In this document: in pieces, positions 56,001 through 58,347 of the stretch
Layout of the letters: every line of letters starts with the position of its first letter
How positions within the stretch are numbered: the stretch's first letter is position 1
DNA from: a virus
Lineage: Duplodnaviria > Caudoviricetes
DNA: 58,347 nucleotides
Virus record (IMG/VR): IMGVR_UViG_3300009103_001673
Location: 1 to 58,347 of that record
Reading direction: 5' to 3' (one strand)
Notes under the pieces: generated by a model
The model's database searches: none
What the model was told of the DNA's origin: nothing
Seen by the model: only the letters and a program-made list of their open reading frames with translations
Program-made: the position numbers and the translations under genes

Positions 56001-58347
56001 TGGGGTTGCTAGATGGTGCCATCACAGTTTACTTTGAAGAAGAAGGTGGTCATTTTGTAAATGCAGTAGGAACTGGTGGATATGGTTATAATGATCTTTG
56101 GATTAATGTCAGCCCGTACAATGAATTTATTGATGGTTCTTGGTCTTCAAATGCAATCTTTAGATATGCAAATACTTTTGGTGGATTTGATTCTCCTTTG
56201 GTATGGATGCATGACAGCGAAAACCTACAAGGACGAGCATATCTTGCAAGTCTTACTGCAAGGCAGTTTGCAGACCGGGCAACAACAATTTATTATATGG
56301 ATAGAATTAATTCTTCTGCTCCATTTTATGGGCCAAACGTTGCAATACTTACAGTGTCCGGTCCAGATTTGGCAGCCGGAAAGATAAGACTCAATACTAA
56401 TCCAGAAGGCGATTTTTGGTATGATACGACCGACGATGCTATTGAATTCAATCGTCCTTATGTTTATAAAACGAACACTTCTTTCAGTACCAGTAATGCA
56501 TATGGTCTTTCTCTTCAGCCTCCGGTTTCTGGATATGCAAATGGAATTGGAACAACAGGAGAATGGTCGCAGACTGCTTATATTGATGCCGATTTTAATC
56601 CTGCTTTATCTCCAACTGGATGGTATGACATAAGAGACACCGCAATTTCGACAGCGACTGATCAGGCTGCAAGAGACAGTGCAGCAAATGCATTGGCACA
56701 GGCAGCAAATGCACAGTTTGCTGCCGACAGACAAATTCTTGCATTCTTTCAGGTTGAATCAGATGTTCCGACTGCAACCGGAAATGGCGATGTTTGGATT
56801 CATACAGACAATGCAATCAAAACAGATGGAACCAAAAACACTGGTGCAATTTTTGTTGCGAACACAAAACCTTCTGGTTCATATAATGCCGGTGTTGACC
56901 CAACAGGATTTCAAAATTACTGGTATGAGGCACCAAACAATGCCATCGGGCTTATGTATTTACATAGTTATTCGGCGGGTGTCTCTGGAGAATTTGAACA
57001 CGGCACAAACATCATGCCGAGAGGGTATTCTCTCTTTGATGCCCCTGCGAGTGATTATGAATTTTCTACCCCCTCGGTGCCGAATACCAGAGAAACTGAA
57101 GCTCCGTACTTCTTCGGGCAGGCCCCCGCCAACGCGGGTGCGGGGAAAGGTTTTGCTAATTTATATATTGATTCTTCTGGTTATGTGGGAAGTAATAGTC
57201 TTTTTGTTCGTGGAGTGGATTCTTCTTGGCATCGCGCAGGTTCCATTTTATCTCTTGGAGATGTAGATCCAAGCACATGGCTGTCCGATTTAAATACCTT
57301 TGGAATTGATATTCCAAAAGGAAAGAAATGGATATTTTCGTGGCATTGGAAAACTTCTAATTTATATGTGTCAAGTGATGCCGATGTTGCCAACAGGACT
57401 GCAAATCTTGGTGTAGGTTTTCGTGTTGGCAATAGTACACATGCGGGAAGTTGGGTAGAAGCATCGAGTGATATGTGGGGTTCTATAAATCCACAAAAAA
57501 ATCCAAAAGAAAAAGATGTTTGGCAGCGGGATTATCATGTTTTAGATTTTACTTCCCCCGACTCCTATGATGATCCTGGTGATGGCGAGGGCATCATTCC
57601 AGCTAATGAAATTACCAAAATACATCCAGTATTCGTTTTAAAGCGAGTAGATATTGCGGGCGATCCAAATTGGCTTGTAAATCGTGAACAACATTATAAT
57701 ATTGACGCAGTTCAATTAGAAGAAGTTCCAAATACAGTATTCACTCCATCACAATTCAAAGAACCCTCAGATGATTCTGCAATTGTATTTGGCAGAGAAA
57801 TAACAGACGGGAAGATTGTCACACATTATTATGATTCGGGAACTTCTGGTTACGGACCAGTTCCAAATACAACGCCAACCGGATATCCAAACCCACAGCC
57901 ACATGGAGATTTCTGGGTAGATACCGGCAACAATAATATTATTTTCCGATATCATCAACAAAATCCTCTCAATGGTGTAATTCCTTCTGCCCAAACAATT
58001 CATTGGACAGCAGAAACAAATGGAGATGGATGGTATACCACAGAAGATTTGAGAACCGGCAATGCACTCTCGACTTCTTATGATGCCCTGGCCAATGCAG
58101 CAACGGCACAGGCTGCTGCGGACAGAGAAATCGTTGCGTTCTTCCAGACTGATGTTCCAGAAGCAACTGGTAATGGTGATGTTTGGATTGACACAGATAG
58201 TTTTGCAACACTGAATACGAGTTCAATATATGTTGCATTCAGCAAAGGGGCAACAGCAACAGCAGCTAGTCCTGCTCCCGACAAATGGTATCCATCACCA
58301 ACAAGTGCAATCGGTCAAGTATACCTCAATGCCTATCTTGCAGAACG
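53036..58347 (+). CDS. Large tail fibre/adhesin protein (>1770 aa), 3'-truncated; absent from ORF track because it has no stop in the window
   Basis: Frame from ATG 53036 (MPKFESPIKISS) read by hand over much of its length and still in frame at the window end (GQVYLNAYLAE); fibre repeats AQxAADRxIxAFF..GNGDVWIxTD; CCTAAATA at 52935. Confidence 0.85.
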   Translation, partial: MPKFESPIKISSIKSLSGNTTLLHLGDDNRVGVLTDAPESELHVDGTITATGLVVPPSIISAQGDSATTFGFNPNFTEWNGPPDNSPNVANGYSQTGGGVVQRSSISNLGGFSARFHDNGDVVWSREVPFQSPLYANVFIQGTFTYKFDGWSSGEPGLAVTLTSRPKACTDYTSMTNTFIVPTFSENRSTAKDWQTGTFRAHTPGNREITHLKIEIISTSATTYDSATVGVNNDGGAGNSTILGNEDNIIDYDWYVDGFDFSFMHPDMRVDQQGRITGAHIAAATIDDLHIRDMISSTSSLIKNDAGLSVQGLVANTTHADGWSIAKSGEIKATDIKIYGHDGTVLISGRGDTDGKPNPFAEWRAAEDPANRPSLSDLDPAASTYLYGLAFEESNKTSLLANISYLATSGLDSDTFSANDHSIHFANVVSGAAGADGTDLANGFITFNGITTNAPPGSIYTSTDATIIRNQDAYILFLANTQKWDTNIGAQQKYHANTLLGEFGLYVLATPTVGGWLYHPHGNSTWYTIDSTQSGNDLHENDFLVIGRIGTDPTGKIRADKTYLQPPKNPDSITIPERTGTFAPIGITAGGVLFADIHLNQWNHTANAGEIQFTNRRNSPNTRFAFIHPGTDDPADSIIYTTNGAYGVLTSLEDFPGSRYITFIGADQSRFTLQTGHSPDFVAAFPIGDKWFYNQDEGKFAEFTPDGRDCIVARVDSNGSAVSAFPSDSSALTNIYRYAERETITAEGATLSELIIDPPRGMASGGLVFAELTVNKEFKQSDDTFVSNAGFIAITNSINDPKNEFYVIHPTNGNNWLVDTVGRGVVTSLKPTVNAYGTRHIAFVGTDTTRFALPSDAYENVSNSFVAVLENDSQGHPRADGKWYYDNGANVSSTFTPDANDFIIATINSFDPDSDGIDQITQWSAPEGQIIVDGVTTTITSLRNLLNSRIDSTNAAVTFAIDSAANAYANAVTAQGTAADASANAAQALGLLDGAITVYFEEEGGHFVNAVGTGGYGYNDLWINVSPYNEFIDGSWSSNAIFRYANTFGGFDSPLVWMHDSENLQGRAYLASLTARQFADRATTIYYMDRINSSAPFYGPNVAILTVSGPDLAAGKIRLNTNPEGDFWYDTTDDAIEFNRPYVYKTNTSFSTSNAYGLSLQPPVSGYANGIGTTGEWSQTAYIDADFNPALSPTGWYDIRDTAISTATDQAARDSAANALAQAANAQFAADRQILAFFQVESDVPTATGNGDVWIHTDNAIKTDGTKNTGAIFVANTKPSGSYNAGVDPTGFQNYWYEAPNNAIGLMYLHSYSAGVSGEFEHGTNIMPRGYSLFDAPASDYEFSTPSVPNTRETEAPYFFGQAPANAGAGKGFANLYIDSSGYVGSNSLFVRGVDSSWHRAGSILSLGDVDPSTWLSDLNTFGIDIPKGKKWIFSWHWKTSNLYVSSDADVANRTANLGVGFRVGNSTHAGSWVEASSDMWGSINPQKNPKEKDVWQRDYHVLDFTSPDSYDDPGDGEGIIPANEITKIHPVFVLKRVDIAGDPNWLVNREQHYNIDAVQLEEVPNTVFTPSQFKEPSDDSAIVFGREITDGKIVTHYYDSGTSGYGPVPNTTPTGYPNPQPHGDFWVDTGNNNIIFRYHQQNPLNGVIPSAQTIHWTAETNGDGWYTTEDLRTGNALSTSYDALANAATAQAAADREIVAFFQTDVPEATGNGDVWIDTDSFATLNTSSIYVAFSKGATATAASPAPDKWYPSPTSAIGQVYLNAYLAE
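56680..58345 (+). repeat. Two ~95-aa fibre repeat units (about 56680-56970 and 58080-58345)
   Basis: AQFAADRQILAFFQVESDVPTATGNGDVWIHTD...WY.AP.NAIG..YL vs AQAAADREIVAFFQTDVPEATGNGDVWIDTD...WY.SP.SAIG..YL. Confidence 0.8.

Noticed and set aside
53109-58284. ORF-track calls such as 54195-54833 and 56679-57266
   Set aside because: Out-of-frame shadows of the single long fibre gene starting at 53036
1-58347. Stop-codon reassignment
   Set aside because: TAA, TAG and TGA all end recognisable full-length genes, and coding density is high under the standard code

Overview
58 kb segment of a large AT-rich T4-like myovirus genome (gene order resembling aquatic T4-like phages), standard genetic code. 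(i) 1-13954: a tightly packed 16-gene glycan island with glycosyltransferases, five SAM-methyltransferase-like genes, a deacetylase, a B12 radical SAM enzyme and NeuA/NeuB nonulosonic-acid genes. (ii) 14051-24970: early/replication block behind a near-consensus sigma70 promoter (Mom-like DNA-modifying enzyme, RNase H, exonuclease, SleB hydrolase, gp33, gp59, gp32, many small accessory ORFs and two structured intergenic regions). (iii) 24975-58347: tail/baseplate module (tape-measure-like, gp51, gp26, gp54, gp2, gp4 on minus; gp48, gp53, hub, gp5, gp25, gp6, gp7, gp8, split VrlC-like protein and a >1770-aa fibre running off the right end on plus). Best observations: a complete -1 ribosomal frameshift cassette joining gp26 to gp51 directly upstream of the tape measure gene (lambda G/GT-like); a possible virion-glycosylation system (NeuA/NeuB island plus Ala-Asn enrichment in outer structural proteins); two candidate structured ncRNAs; two apparent pseudo-enzymes; a stand-alone sigma-4 domain. 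All calls come from motif recognition by eye; no searches were run.
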